Below, one piece after another: positions 28,771 through 37,638 of a stretch of 37,638 bases of DNA. A program made the position numbers and the translations under genes. The notes under the pieces were generated by a model that did not search any database, was not told where the DNA came from, and worked only from the letters and a program-made list of their open reading frames with translations. Every line of letters starts with the position of its first letter. Positions within the stretch are counted from its first letter, which is position 1. The stretch lies in sequence record DRR723986_21240. The stretch is one strand, 5' to 3'.

Positions 28771-29427
28771 CTAAAACTTCCCTGCTACCCCAAACTCTAA
28801 AAAGGCACCACCACCAACTCCTATTTCAACCATTGCTCCTAGGTTTTCTGAAAGAAAAAACTTACTGCCCAGCCGCACTCTTCCGGCCATAGGAATTTGA
28901 AATGGCACCAGCACATTTTGATCCAAGTCCAACAAAAATAAATCTCCAAATTTACTGGATGTCTCTCCGTTTACGGTGTATTCTTCTGATCTACTATAAT
29001 AACCAAGTGCAATTCCTGTGTACATAGTGAAAATCTCTCTACTCACGAAGTAAAAATTTGAACAAACCATCCCCCTAAATTTGTTGTATTTAGCTTTATA
29101 TGTTGCGTCATTGAATGTCATATTGGTCTGTTGATTATAATAATCATCCCTATATTGATACCCACCGAATGCATAGTTAGCTTCTAGACCTATGCTTAAT
29201 TTATCAATTAGCATATACTCCGCTTTACCTCCTACACCTATTGATGCTCCAATTTTTCGATAACCATCATTATTGAATGCATTGGGCCAAATCATTTGAG
29301 CAAAGGTATTTTGAGTGGGACCCATACCGTAAACATCTACTAAAAAATTACCTTGTTCAATTTGTGAATGAGCCATGTTCGATAAGAAAAGTAGGCAAAA
29401 AAGTATGGTTTTCCTCATTTTGATCAT
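28771..29427 (-). CDS. Small outer-membrane beta-barrel protein
   Basis: Signal peptide, alternating beta-strands and C-terminal FGVAGKF. The start may instead be ATG 29418. Confidence 0.78.
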   Translation of the reverse strand: MIKMRKTILFCLLFLSNMAHSQIEQGNFLVDVYGMGPTQNTFAQMIWPNAFNNDGYRKIGASIGVGGKAEYMLIDKLSIGLEANYAFGGYQYRDDYYNQQTNMTFNDATYKAKYNKFRGMVCSNFYFVSREIFTMYTGIALGYYSRSEEYTVNGETSSKFGDLFLLDLDQNVLVPFQIPMAGRVRLGSKFFLSENLGAMVEIGVGGGAFLEFGVAGKF

Positions 29428-29479
29428 ATTTCTAAATCACAAGATTTTATCAAATTCCTGTTTACAAATTGATTTCGTT

Positions 29480-31663
29480 CTATACTACACGCATTCCCAT
29501 CACTAGAACATCATCAATTTGCTCATATCCGCCTTTCCAAGAATCGTATTCAGCAATTAGTTTGGATTTTTGTTCTTCCGCAGGCAGATGTGAAATGGCT
29601 AATAAAAATTTCTTAAATGTCTTGTACTTGTATTTCTTGCCGTCTGGTCCTCCAAACTGATCAGCATACCCATCAGAAAAAACGTAAACCATATCCCCTT
29701 TTCTCAATTTAATCTCGTGAGTTTTAAATGGTTTTAATTCATCTCCAATATACGCACCAATTGGATGAGCATCCCCTTTGATTTCTTTTAAATAAAAATT
29801 AGAATTTTCGGCCTTTAATGTGGTTCTTGACTCTTCATCATAATCAAAACCTAAATCTTCAACTTTATCAGACTTCCTAATGATATACACAGGGTTTTTA
29901 GCCCCTGAAAAATAGAGTTCTAAGTTAACAGGATCATACCCACATAAAGATATATCCATTCCGTCACGCACGGTTTCAGTATTCGTTGCCCTGTCTTGTC
30001 GTAAGGCAGAGCTGACACCTTTATTTAAAAACTCTAAAGCTTCACCAGGAGAATTCACTGTAGCTTCTGTAATTGCCTGAGTTAAAAAGTTATTCCCTAC
30101 AATACTCATAAACGCCCCAGGAACTCCGTGTCCTGTGCAATCAACAGCAGCAAACAACACCAATTTAGATTTTGCATTAGGGGTTGTTTCTTCTACAAAA
30201 TAAAAATCTCCTGATACCACATCTTTTGGACGATAAAACACGAAAGACTCGGGCATTAAAGTCTTCACATGGATATCTGAAGGTAAAATTGCCTCTTGAA
30301 TACGCTTGGCGTATTGAATTGAACTTAATATTTCAGTATTGATTTCTGCTAATTCTTCTTTTTGTTGCTCAATTTCCGCGGTTCTTTCCTTCACTTGAGC
30401 CTCTAGCTTGACATTCATGCCTTCAACCAATGCGTTTTGCTCCTCTAAGCTCTTCATTGCAATAGCTTGTGCCTCTTGCTTCTCTCGTTGTAATCTTCTG
30501 TATTTATTTGACATGGATATGCTCAAAATGGCTACCTCCAAGGCTGAACTTATTTTAAGTGCATTTTGGGCGATTCCCGCATTACCAACTATATTGAAAT
30601 TCCCCAATATGAAAACGATAGCTCCAGCTATTAATATTGTAAAAGCAACAGCAAAGAAAATATCGACATCCACCTTTTTATAGCGCAAACGATATATTGC
30701 TACTACACTTAAAATAATGCTTAACAAGGATACACCATTGATAACGGGGTACGAAATTTCATATAGCGCCCCAGGAACCAGAGAAAGTCCGATTGTAACT
30801 ACAACAAGAACTTGACAAAACCTGAAGATCTTTAGCATTAATTTATTATGCTCTTTTAGATTCAGGAAATTATTCACATAGGCCAATAATATGATAATGG
30901 TTATCCCTGCGATAATTACCACGAAGTGCGAGGCCATATAGCCACCGGCCGGAAAAAGTCTATGAAAAGAATAGCCGTCTAAGGTAAACTGCAATAATGC
31001 TTGGGCAGCCACATACAAAATGTAAAATAAAAAGGCCTTATCTTTTAATAGAATGAAAAAGAAAAAGTAAATAATTACAACGAGACACATCAAGCCATAA
31101 TAGAATCCAAACCCGAATTGAAAGGCTGCATCATTCTCAAAAAAGCTTAATCTATCCGATATTTTCACTGGCAATGTAATGACCTCCCCATCACTCACCA
31201 ATCTAATGCAGTAATCTTTCTTTTGCCCTGGATACATGACTATTGGAAAGATGTTTTTATTGTGAGGAATTACTTTTTCGTCATATGAATAATCATCTCC
31301 GCTGATAAACTCGTTCTCGACTTGAGAACCTCTCATTTGATAAAAATCAACTTTATTGGTAATTGGCCTGGCCGTTTCAAGAATAAAATGAGAGAAACTA
31401 CTTTTGTTTTTTATGGAAAAGCGCATCCACCAAGTTGATGTGGAAAAATCTAAATTTGGAACTGCTTGGTCTGGTTTGCTAAATTCAGATTCGGGTAAGG
31501 CTAAAACCTGCTCAAGCGTATACTCATGATTTTTATCCTCAATGAGTAAGATGTCTTTTGCAAAGGAACTTCCCAAATTTTCGTCAGTAAGCACAATAGT
31601 ACCATCTTGTCCAAAAGAGTGGATGGTCATTAGAATTGTGAAGACTAACAAAAGCTTTTTCAT
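29480..31663 (-). CDS. 7TM-DISM sensor fused to SpoIIE/PP2C phosphatase
   Basis: Periplasmic DISMED2-like region (STWWMRF), seven TM helices, coiled coil (VKERTAEI), then PKDVVSGDFY, DCTGHGVPGA, DGMD, SDGYADQFGG and QIDD. Start ATG 31663 gives signal MKKLLLVF. Confidence 0.92.
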   Translation of the reverse strand: MKKLLLVFTILMTIHSFGQDGTIVLTDENLGSSFAKDILLIEDKNHEYTLEQVLALPESEFSKPDQAVPNLDFSTSTWWMRFSIKNKSSFSHFILETARPITNKVDFYQMRGSQVENEFISGDDYSYDEKVIPHNKNIFPIVMYPGQKKDYCIRLVSDGEVITLPVKISDRLSFFENDAAFQFGFGFYYGLMCLVVIIYFFFFILLKDKAFLFYILYVAAQALLQFTLDGYSFHRLFPAGGYMASHFVVIIAGITIIILLAYVNNFLNLKEHNKLMLKIFRFCQVLVVVTIGLSLVPGALYEISYPVINGVSLLSIILSVVAIYRLRYKKVDVDIFFAVAFTILIAGAIVFILGNFNIVGNAGIAQNALKISSALEVAILSISMSNKYRRLQREKQEAQAIAMKSLEEQNALVEGMNVKLEAQVKERTAEIEQQKEELAEINTEILSSIQYAKRIQEAILPSDIHVKTLMPESFVFYRPKDVVSGDFYFVEETTPNAKSKLVLFAAVDCTGHGVPGAFMSIVGNNFLTQAITEATVNSPGEALEFLNKGVSSALRQDRATNTETVRDGMDISLCGYDPVNLELYFSGAKNPVYIIRKSDKVEDLGFDYDEESRTTLKAENSNFYLKEIKGDAHPIGAYIGDELKPFKTHEIKLRKGDMVYVFSDGYADQFGGPDGKKYKYKTFKKFLLAISHLPAEEQKSKLIAEYDSWKGGYEQIDDVLVMGMRVV

Positions 31664-31696
31664 TCCTCTAAAGATAGACAATATGTTTAATTTGTA

Positions 31697-33838
31697 CTAT
31701 TTATTATTGTCGATCACATAGGTCAAAACCTTACGCATTAAATGCACTCGATCTTTTCCTCTCACGTTATGCTTGTGCATGGGATATGGAAAGAAATCCA
31801 TTTGAATACCTTCTTCAACAAAAGCCTTTACAAGAGCGAGATTGTGTTGCATTACAACAACATCATCTGAAGTTCCGTGGATAAGCAAGAGTTTACCTTC
31901 CAGATTTTGAACATAATTCATAAGTCTATTCTTCTCATACCCCTCCTTATTTTCTGATGGTCTATCCATATATCTTTCCCCGTACATCACCTCATAATAA
32001 GACCAATCTGTAACTGGCCCACCAGCAACACCTACATTAAATGTTCCAGCATATTCTCTTAACATCAATGATGTTGTCATAAACCCTCCGAAACTCCATC
32101 CATGCACAGCCAAACGACTAACATCAACATAAGATAGTGATTGCAGATACTCTACACCTGTCATTTGATCTTGCATTTCAACTGTACCTAATTGACGGTG
32201 GATTACACTTTCAAATTCAAATCCTCTATTTGCGGATCCTCTTCCATCTAAAGTGTACACTAAATAGCCTTGTTCAGCCATCCAATACATCCACAGACTT
32301 GCTCCTCCGCCCCATGAATTAGTTACTAACTGAGCATGAGGACCTCCATAAACATAAACTAACACTGGATACTTTTTACTTGCATCAAAATTTGAAGGTT
32401 TAATTAGGCGGTAATGTAAATCTGTCGTTCCGTCAGAAGCTTTTAACGTACCATATTCGGCCGTCCCTATAGTTAATTCTGTGTAAGGATTATCAGCCTC
32501 TAATACTGTTCTAACAACCTTTCCTCTATTATCTAATATTCGTTCAACGTTCGGCGTCTCTAAATTACTCATTTCATCAAACATGTATGTGAAATCTGAG
32601 TTGTAAGAAACTGAATGAGTACCTCCAGAAGTCAATTGGGTTTGTTTTCCAGAACTTAGTTCTACTTTAAAATAATTAGTTTCCAACGGAGAATCTCCAG
32701 TTCCATGAAAGTATACCTCGGTTGATGTATGCCCATCTATACCTTGAGTTACCCATTTATTTTTGGTAAGTTGTTTTACCAATTTTCCATCATCTGAATA
32801 CAAGTATAAATTCATATAACCATCTTTTTCGGACATCCAAATAAATTGGTTGTCGTTAACGAAATAAACTGGGTTTTCTGGCTCGGTCCATTTATCATTA
32901 TGCTCTTCAAACAGGGTTTTAACAAAAGCACCCGTTTCAGCGTTGTATTTTTGAAGCTTCGTGTGATTCTGGTCTCTATTGACTTCTGCGATATAAACAT
33001 ACTTATCCTTAGGCCCCCATGCGAAATTCGTTAAATAGTCATCCGGATTTCCTCTTGGTTTGATATAAACTGTTTTGCCAGCTTTAACATTGTAAATGCC
33101 AACGGCAGATTTCTCAGAAGTTTGACCGGCCATAGGATACTTAATAGAATTCAAGCTACCCGTTGGTGTAGTAATATCTAGTAAGGGATAATCAGCAACT
33201 TTGGATTCATCTTTTTGATAAAACCCCAGATAATCACCTGAATTTGACCAGAAAATTCCACCAGTGATTCCGAACTCGCTTCTTGCAATCGCTTGACCCG
33301 AAACTATTTCGGGACCGAATTCTGTTATTTGGGCTTTACTGTTTTTGTCTTTGGTTACAAACAAATTGTTTTCGATTGTATAGGCCACATTATTTGTTCC
33401 AAGGTGAAAATTAACGTTTTCCGCTTCAGGATCATACTTACCTGCAACATTCGCAGTTTTCAATGCAACATTAACCACATAGTACTTGCCTTCTACTTCA
33501 GTGTAAAAATTATTCTTATCAATCCATCCGTCCAGTTTAAAATAGGCAAAACTTTCTCCTGTTGCTTTTGCTAACTCGACAGTATTCATTAAATCGGCTG
33601 ATTTTCCTTTTTTAGCATCCGCCATTTTCAAGGTTTGATAATCGCTTGATAGATAAGAATATGAATTTGTTCCTGGTATCCATTCTACCATAGTAGTGTG
33701 TTTCGGATAAAACTGACGGTACTGACCCATTACCGCATCTTCAAGCGTTAATTCTTTACCTGTCTTTAATTCACCTTGTGCGCTAACCGTTAATCCGATA
33801 AACCCAACTATACCTAAAACTAATATTCTCAATTTCAT
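31697..33838 (-). CDS. S9B peptidase (DPP-IV family; most like prolyl tripeptidyl peptidase)
   Basis: DPPIV_N propeller, YGGP, catalytic HGWSFGG, HGTSDD and YPMHKHNV..KDRVHL. Start ATG 33838 gives a signal peptide. Confidence 0.92.
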   Translation of the reverse strand: MKLRILVLGIVGFIGLTVSAQGELKTGKELTLEDAVMGQYRQFYPKHTTMVEWIPGTNSYSYLSSDYQTLKMADAKKGKSADLMNTVELAKATGESFAYFKLDGWIDKNNFYTEVEGKYYVVNVALKTANVAGKYDPEAENVNFHLGTNNVAYTIENNLFVTKDKNSKAQITEFGPEIVSGQAIARSEFGITGGIFWSNSGDYLGFYQKDESKVADYPLLDITTPTGSLNSIKYPMAGQTSEKSAVGIYNVKAGKTVYIKPRGNPDDYLTNFAWGPKDKYVYIAEVNRDQNHTKLQKYNAETGAFVKTLFEEHNDKWTEPENPVYFVNDNQFIWMSEKDGYMNLYLYSDDGKLVKQLTKNKWVTQGIDGHTSTEVYFHGTGDSPLETNYFKVELSSGKQTQLTSGGTHSVSYNSDFTYMFDEMSNLETPNVERILDNRGKVVRTVLEADNPYTELTIGTAEYGTLKASDGTTDLHYRLIKPSNFDASKKYPVLVYVYGGPHAQLVTNSWGGGASLWMYWMAEQGYLVYTLDGRGSANRGFEFESVIHRQLGTVEMQDQMTGVEYLQSLSYVDVSRLAVHGWSFGGFMTTSLMLREYAGTFNVGVAGGPVTDWSYYEVMYGERYMDRPSENKEGYEKNRLMNYVQNLEGKLLLIHGTSDDVVVMQHNLALVKAFVEEGIQMDFFPYPMHKHNVRGKDRVHLMRKVLTYVIDNNK

Positions 33839-33979
33839 TAAACTGTATTTACGTTTCGGGAGACTCTCCCCATTGATAATTCGAAGATAAAAGTACAAAT
33901 TCCCTACCATTCTTGGTTTTTTACTTTACAAAAGGTCATTTCACCTTACAAAGGGAGGGGAAATGTCCTTCAAAAAACT

Positions 33980-33987
33980 TATATTTG
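33980..33987 (+). promoter_or_regulatory. Candidate -7 element (TATATTTG) for E1 gene
   Basis: Exact TAnnTTTG 23 nt upstream of ATG 34011, which argues against the 33963 start. Confidence 0.55.
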
Positions 33988-34010
33988 CTAGCCTAGCTAA
34001 GATTCAAATT

Positions 34011-36119
34011 ATGCCAGAAACTGCGACAAAAAACAAGAAAGTGTCTTCAAAAAAATCTCAAATAAAAACGGATAAAAAAGTCATTAAGAAGGGCTTAGAA
34101 TTAATGTGCACGGCTAAAACCATGGCTGAAAAATATGAGGCTAACGCAAAAGTTACCTCAAAATATGTACATGCCACTTCTAGAGGACACGAAGCAATTC
34201 AATTGGCTTTAGGAATGCAACTAAAACCTCAGGACTGGGTTGCTCCTTACTACCGTGATGACAGTATTTTGTTAGGTATAGGTATGGATCCATATGAAAT
34301 CATGTTGCAAGTTTTTGCTAAAAAAGATGACCCTTTTTCTGGTGGTAGAACCTATTACAGCCATCCATCTTTAAAAAGAGATGACTTGCCAAAAATACCG
34401 CATCAATCATCTGCCACTGGTATGCAAGCTATACCAACAACAGGTGTTGCTATGGGAATTCAGTACAAAGAAATCACTGGATTGGCAGAAGATTTTGGAA
34501 AAGATAAACCCGTTGTAGTTTGCTCATTGGGGGATGCCTCTTGCACAGAAGGAGAGGTTTCTGAAGCTTTTCAGATGGCTGCATTAAAACAGTTTCCGAT
34601 ACTTTATTTAGTACAAGATAACGAATGGGACATTTCTGCCAATGCAGAAGAGACAAGAGCTCAGGACATCACTCATTACATGAAGGGCTTCAAAGGTATT
34701 GAAGTTAGAACGATTGATGGAAGCGATTTTGACGCTTCTTATCAAACTGTAAAAGAAGTTTTAGGATTAATCAGAAAAGAAAGACGTCCGTTTTTAATAC
34801 ATGCGAAAGTGCCATTATTGGGTCACCATACTTCTGGTGTGCGAAAAGAGTGGTACCGTGATGATTTGGAAGAAGCTGCTACTAGAGATCCTTATCCAAA
34901 AATTATTCAACTTGCTTTAGATGCCGGGTTGAGTAAAAAAGACATTCAAGAAATTGAGGAAGAGATTAACGATTATGTTAACGAAGAATTTGACAAAGCA
35001 TTAAATGCTGAAGAACCAGATCCTTCATCTATACAAGATTTTTATTTCGCCCCCACTCCAATTACAGAAGAAAAAGGAGAGCGTGAGCCTGCAGGTAAAA
35101 AAGCCACTGTTATGGTTGACTCTGCTTTGTTTGGAATCAGAGAAATCATGGAAAAGCATCCTGAGGCATTATTATATGGTCAAGATGTTGGCGGCCGATT
35201 AGGAGGTGTTTTTAGAGAAGCAGCTACATTGGCTCAACAATTTGGTGATGATCGCGTATTCAACACTCCGATTCAAGAAGCGTTCATTATTGGTTCAACT
35301 GTAGGTATGTCAGCTGTTGGATTGAAACCCATTGTAGAGGTTCAATTTGCAGATTATATTTGGCCAGGATTGAATCAGTTGTTTACTGAAGTGAGTCGAT
35401 CTTACTATTTATCAAACGGCAAATGGCCAGTTAGTTCAATATTAAGAGTGCCAATTGGGGCATATGGTTCTGGAGGACCATACCACTCTTCTTCTGTTGA
35501 ATCTGTTGTGACAAATATTAGAGGAATCAAGGTAGCTTATCCATCTACCGGAGCAGATTTAAAAGGATTAATGAAGGCCGCGTTCTACGATCCAAATCCA
35601 GTTGTGATGTTAGAACATAAAGGATTGTACTGGTCAAAAATTAAAGGAACTGAAGGCGCAATGACGATTGAGCCAGATGAAGACTATGTCATTCCGTTTG
35701 GTAAAGCACGAGTGGTGATTGAAGCTGAGAGTGAAAAAGTTGAAAAAGGCGAATCTTTAGTGGTTGTAACATATGGTAGAGGGGTTTATTGGACATTGGA
35801 GGCTGCAGAGCAATTCCCAGGACAAATAGAAGTTATAGATTTAAGAACCTTATCTCCTTGGGATGAAGAGACGGTTTACTCAGCAGTAAGAAAACATAAC
35901 AAAGTAGTTTTAGTAACAGAAGAATCAAGAGAAGCTAGCTTTACTTTAGGTGTTGCCGGTAAAATTCAAAAGAATTGTTTCACTTCTTTGGACGCACCAA
36001 TTGAGATTGTTGGATCTGTGGATACACCAGCTATTCCTTTGAATTCAATTTTAGAGGCTGAGTTGCTCACGAATGGTCCTAAAGTAGCTGAAGGAATTGC
36101 AACTACATTGAATTTTTAA
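34011..36119 (+). CDS. Fused alpha/beta E1 component of a 2-oxoacid dehydrogenase (probably branched-chain)
   Basis: GHEAIQ, PYYRD, ThDP motif GDAS...DNEW, TPIQE, EVQFADY, GGPYHS and IDLRTL.P in one ORF. Confidence 0.92.
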   Translation: MPETATKNKKVSSKKSQIKTDKKVIKKGLELMCTAKTMAEKYEANAKVTSKYVHATSRGHEAIQLALGMQLKPQDWVAPYYRDDSILLGIGMDPYEIMLQVFAKKDDPFSGGRTYYSHPSLKRDDLPKIPHQSSATGMQAIPTTGVAMGIQYKEITGLAEDFGKDKPVVVCSLGDASCTEGEVSEAFQMAALKQFPILYLVQDNEWDISANAEETRAQDITHYMKGFKGIEVRTIDGSDFDASYQTVKEVLGLIRKERRPFLIHAKVPLLGHHTSGVRKEWYRDDLEEAATRDPYPKIIQLALDAGLSKKDIQEIEEEINDYVNEEFDKALNAEEPDPSSIQDFYFAPTPITEEKGEREPAGKKATVMVDSALFGIREIMEKHPEALLYGQDVGGRLGGVFREAATLAQQFGDDRVFNTPIQEAFIIGSTVGMSAVGLKPIVEVQFADYIWPGLNQLFTEVSRSYYLSNGKWPVSSILRVPIGAYGSGGPYHSSSVESVVTNIRGIKVAYPSTGADLKGLMKAAFYDPNPVVMLEHKGLYWSKIKGTEGAMTIEPDEDYVIPFGKARVVIEAESEKVEKGESLVVVTYGRGVYWTLEAAEQFPGQIEVIDLRTLSPWDEETVYSAVRKHNKVVLVTEESREASFTLGVAGKIQKNCFTSLDAPIEIVGSVDTPAIPLNSILEAELLTNGPKVAEGIATTLNF

Positions 36120-36121
36120 AT

Positions 36122-36367
36122 ATGATGAAATCTAAATTCTTAGCTGGAACCATTGCAACATTAGTTGCTTTAATAGTAGTAGTTGGAATAGCCATTTTTT
36201 TAGCATTAGTATTGGAAGTTGATGCGAGTAAAAACTGGTTTACCTATACAGCTGCTTTCATTACCATTGCCACCTGGATGGGTGTTTATAGTAAACTAAA
36301 ACCTAAAGAGGAAGAGTCAAATAATTCTGACGAAGATGTTCCGCCAGCTCGAAAAATGGAGATGTAA
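36122..36367 (+). CDS. Small two-TM hypothetical membrane protein
   Basis: Two hydrophobic helices and a charged tail; starts 2 nt after the E1 stop. Confidence 0.7.
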   Translation: MMKSKFLAGTIATLVALIVVVGIAIFLALVLEVDASKNWFTYTAAFITIATWMGVYSKLKPKEEESNNSDEDVPPARKMEM

Positions 36368-36399
36368 AAAAAATCTATCACATGTAACTTTTAGTAGTA

Positions 36400-36407
36400 T
36401 AAGTTTG
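36400..36407 (+). promoter_or_regulatory. Candidate -7 element (TAAGTTTG)
   Basis: TAnnTTTG match 28 nt before ATG 36436. Confidence 0.4.
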
Positions 36408-36435
36408 TTTCATTAACAACCAAAAACATATACGA

Positions 36436-37629
36436 ATGAAAAAGTTAATTATTATTTGCTGTTTTTTTATTGTCAGCTTATCCTCGAATCTTTTAAATGC
36501 CCAGTGCGGATTTCCAACTATGCCATGTACAATTACTCAAACTGGTAATCCAGGGGAAGTTCAAATTCAATATGACTTATCGAGTATGACATACCCTTCA
36601 GGTTTTATTGGTCAGGTAAATTTCCATAACACGACAACCGGAAGCTCAATAGTTTGGACACCGGAAATTTATAACTTCTCAAATCCGACATTCAAAACAT
36701 TAACAGAAAATGGAGACTACTATGCTGTTGCTTACACAATTGGCTATAGTCAATTCTGCTGGGACTCAATAGTATTACCAAATTTTAATGTAAGCTCTGT
36801 TTTACCAATTTGTGGAATTGCAGCTGGTGTCAATGTGTCAATGTCTGCTAACCAAGCCACATTTAATGTTGTTGGTAGCAACTTAACTGGTGCAACTTAC
36901 AACTGGAATTTCGGAGATGGAACAAATGGAACGGGCGGTCCAAGTACAACTCATACATACCCAGCCCTAGGCACAGCTCCAGCAAATTATGAAATAAGCG
37001 TATCAGTGTCAAACGGAGCTTGTGCGGATGTATTAACAAACGGAATTTACTTAAGTAATTCCAGCGGCGGTTGTCATGCAAATTTTTTAATAGAACCTCA
37101 TCCAACTAATGCCGGTGTTTATTACGGTTTCAATTTTTCTAACATGTATGACACGACAAATTATAGCTACTTATGGGATTTCGGTGATGGTACTACCAGT
37201 ACTCTTCCCTACCCTTCGCATACCTACTCAAGTGTAGGAACATATAATGTATGCATGACAGTTTCCAATAGCTCTGGACCTGGTTGCTCTATGACTACCT
37301 GCGATTCATTAAATGTTATTGTTAAATCAGGAACAACTCTAACTTTTATTAATCCATACGCAACCAATTCTATTTTCGAAAAAGAAGTTAAAAAGTTAGC
37401 TATTTTTCCAAATCCAAATCAAGGAGAATTTACCATTGAATTGAGTTCTCATCAGGACAAAAATTCTACCCTTTCAATTATTGACCTTCAAGGTAGATCC
37501 ATTTACTCTGAGACACATCAGATTAATAAGGGAGAAAATCAAATTTCTATCCACCTGAATAACAAACAAGCTGGCATCTATTTCATCAAATTAGATGAAC
37601 AAATAGTCGAAAAAATAATTATTGAGTAG
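36436..37629 (+). CDS. T9SS type A cargo with two PKD domains
   Basis: Signal peptide; YNWNFGDG...THTY and YLWDFGDG...PSHTY PKD motifs; CTD IFPNPNQG...DLQGR...GIYFIKL...KIIIE. Confidence 0.92.
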   Translation: MKKLIIICCFFIVSLSSNLLNAQCGFPTMPCTITQTGNPGEVQIQYDLSSMTYPSGFIGQVNFHNTTTGSSIVWTPEIYNFSNPTFKTLTENGDYYAVAYTIGYSQFCWDSIVLPNFNVSSVLPICGIAAGVNVSMSANQATFNVVGSNLTGATYNWNFGDGTNGTGGPSTTHTYPALGTAPANYEISVSVSNGACADVLTNGIYLSNSSGGCHANFLIEPHPTNAGVYYGFNFSNMYDTTNYSYLWDFGDGTTSTLPYPSHTYSSVGTYNVCMTVSNSSGPGCSMTTCDSLNVIVKSGTTLTFINPYATNSIFEKEVKKLAIFPNPNQGEFTIELSSHQDKNSTLSIIDLQGRSIYSETHQINKGENQISIHLNNKQAGIYFIKLDEQIVEKIIIE

Positions 37630-37638
37630 ATCTCAATG

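Noticed and set aside
33858-33870. GGGAG-ACT-CTCCC hairpin in the peptidase leader
   Set aside because: A 5-bp stem with a 3-nt loop is too weak to call.
34011-36119. E1 alpha/beta fusion without adjacent E2/E3 as a novelty
   Set aside because: This is an ordinary arrangement in Bacteroidota.
219-37105. Other short (60-117 aa) ORFs nested in or antisense to long genes
   Set aside because: They overlap well-supported CDSs and have no recognisable motifs.

Overview
AT-rich chromosomal segment from a Bacteroidota bacterium, probably a marine Flavobacteriales. This is inferred from T9SS cargo, TAnnTTTG promoters, Na+-NQR and a fused E1 alpha/beta. I see no mobile elements, CRISPR arrays or RNA genes. 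The left half is a type IX secretion (T9SS) cargo locus: the end of nqrF, a small type A CTD protein and a 2734-aa type A CTD giant. The giant has three YWVGG repeats, a PKD domain and 14 Ig-like repeats, with a 7-blade RCC1 propeller inserted inside the 14th. Divergent from it is a tightly coupled operon: a small exported protein, an SprB-repeat protein with an unrecognised ~500-aa head, a headless SprB-repeat protein, a single PorP/SprF and an SRPBCC protein. The most striking observation is that the two SprB-like proteins each have 12 repeats and exactly the same stalk length (927 codons from first-repeat Cys to linker Cys). Their long-loop repeats are in register at positions 1/4/7/10, suggesting a paired two-chain surface filament. 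The right half is housekeeping and envelope genes: PAP2, crcB, rho with a long disordered insert, glmM, a TPR protein, two OmpA-domain proteins, an OM beta-barrel, a 7TM-DISM/SpoIIE sensor phosphatase, an S9B peptidase, a fused 2-oxoacid dehydrogenase E1 and a PKD T9SS protein.
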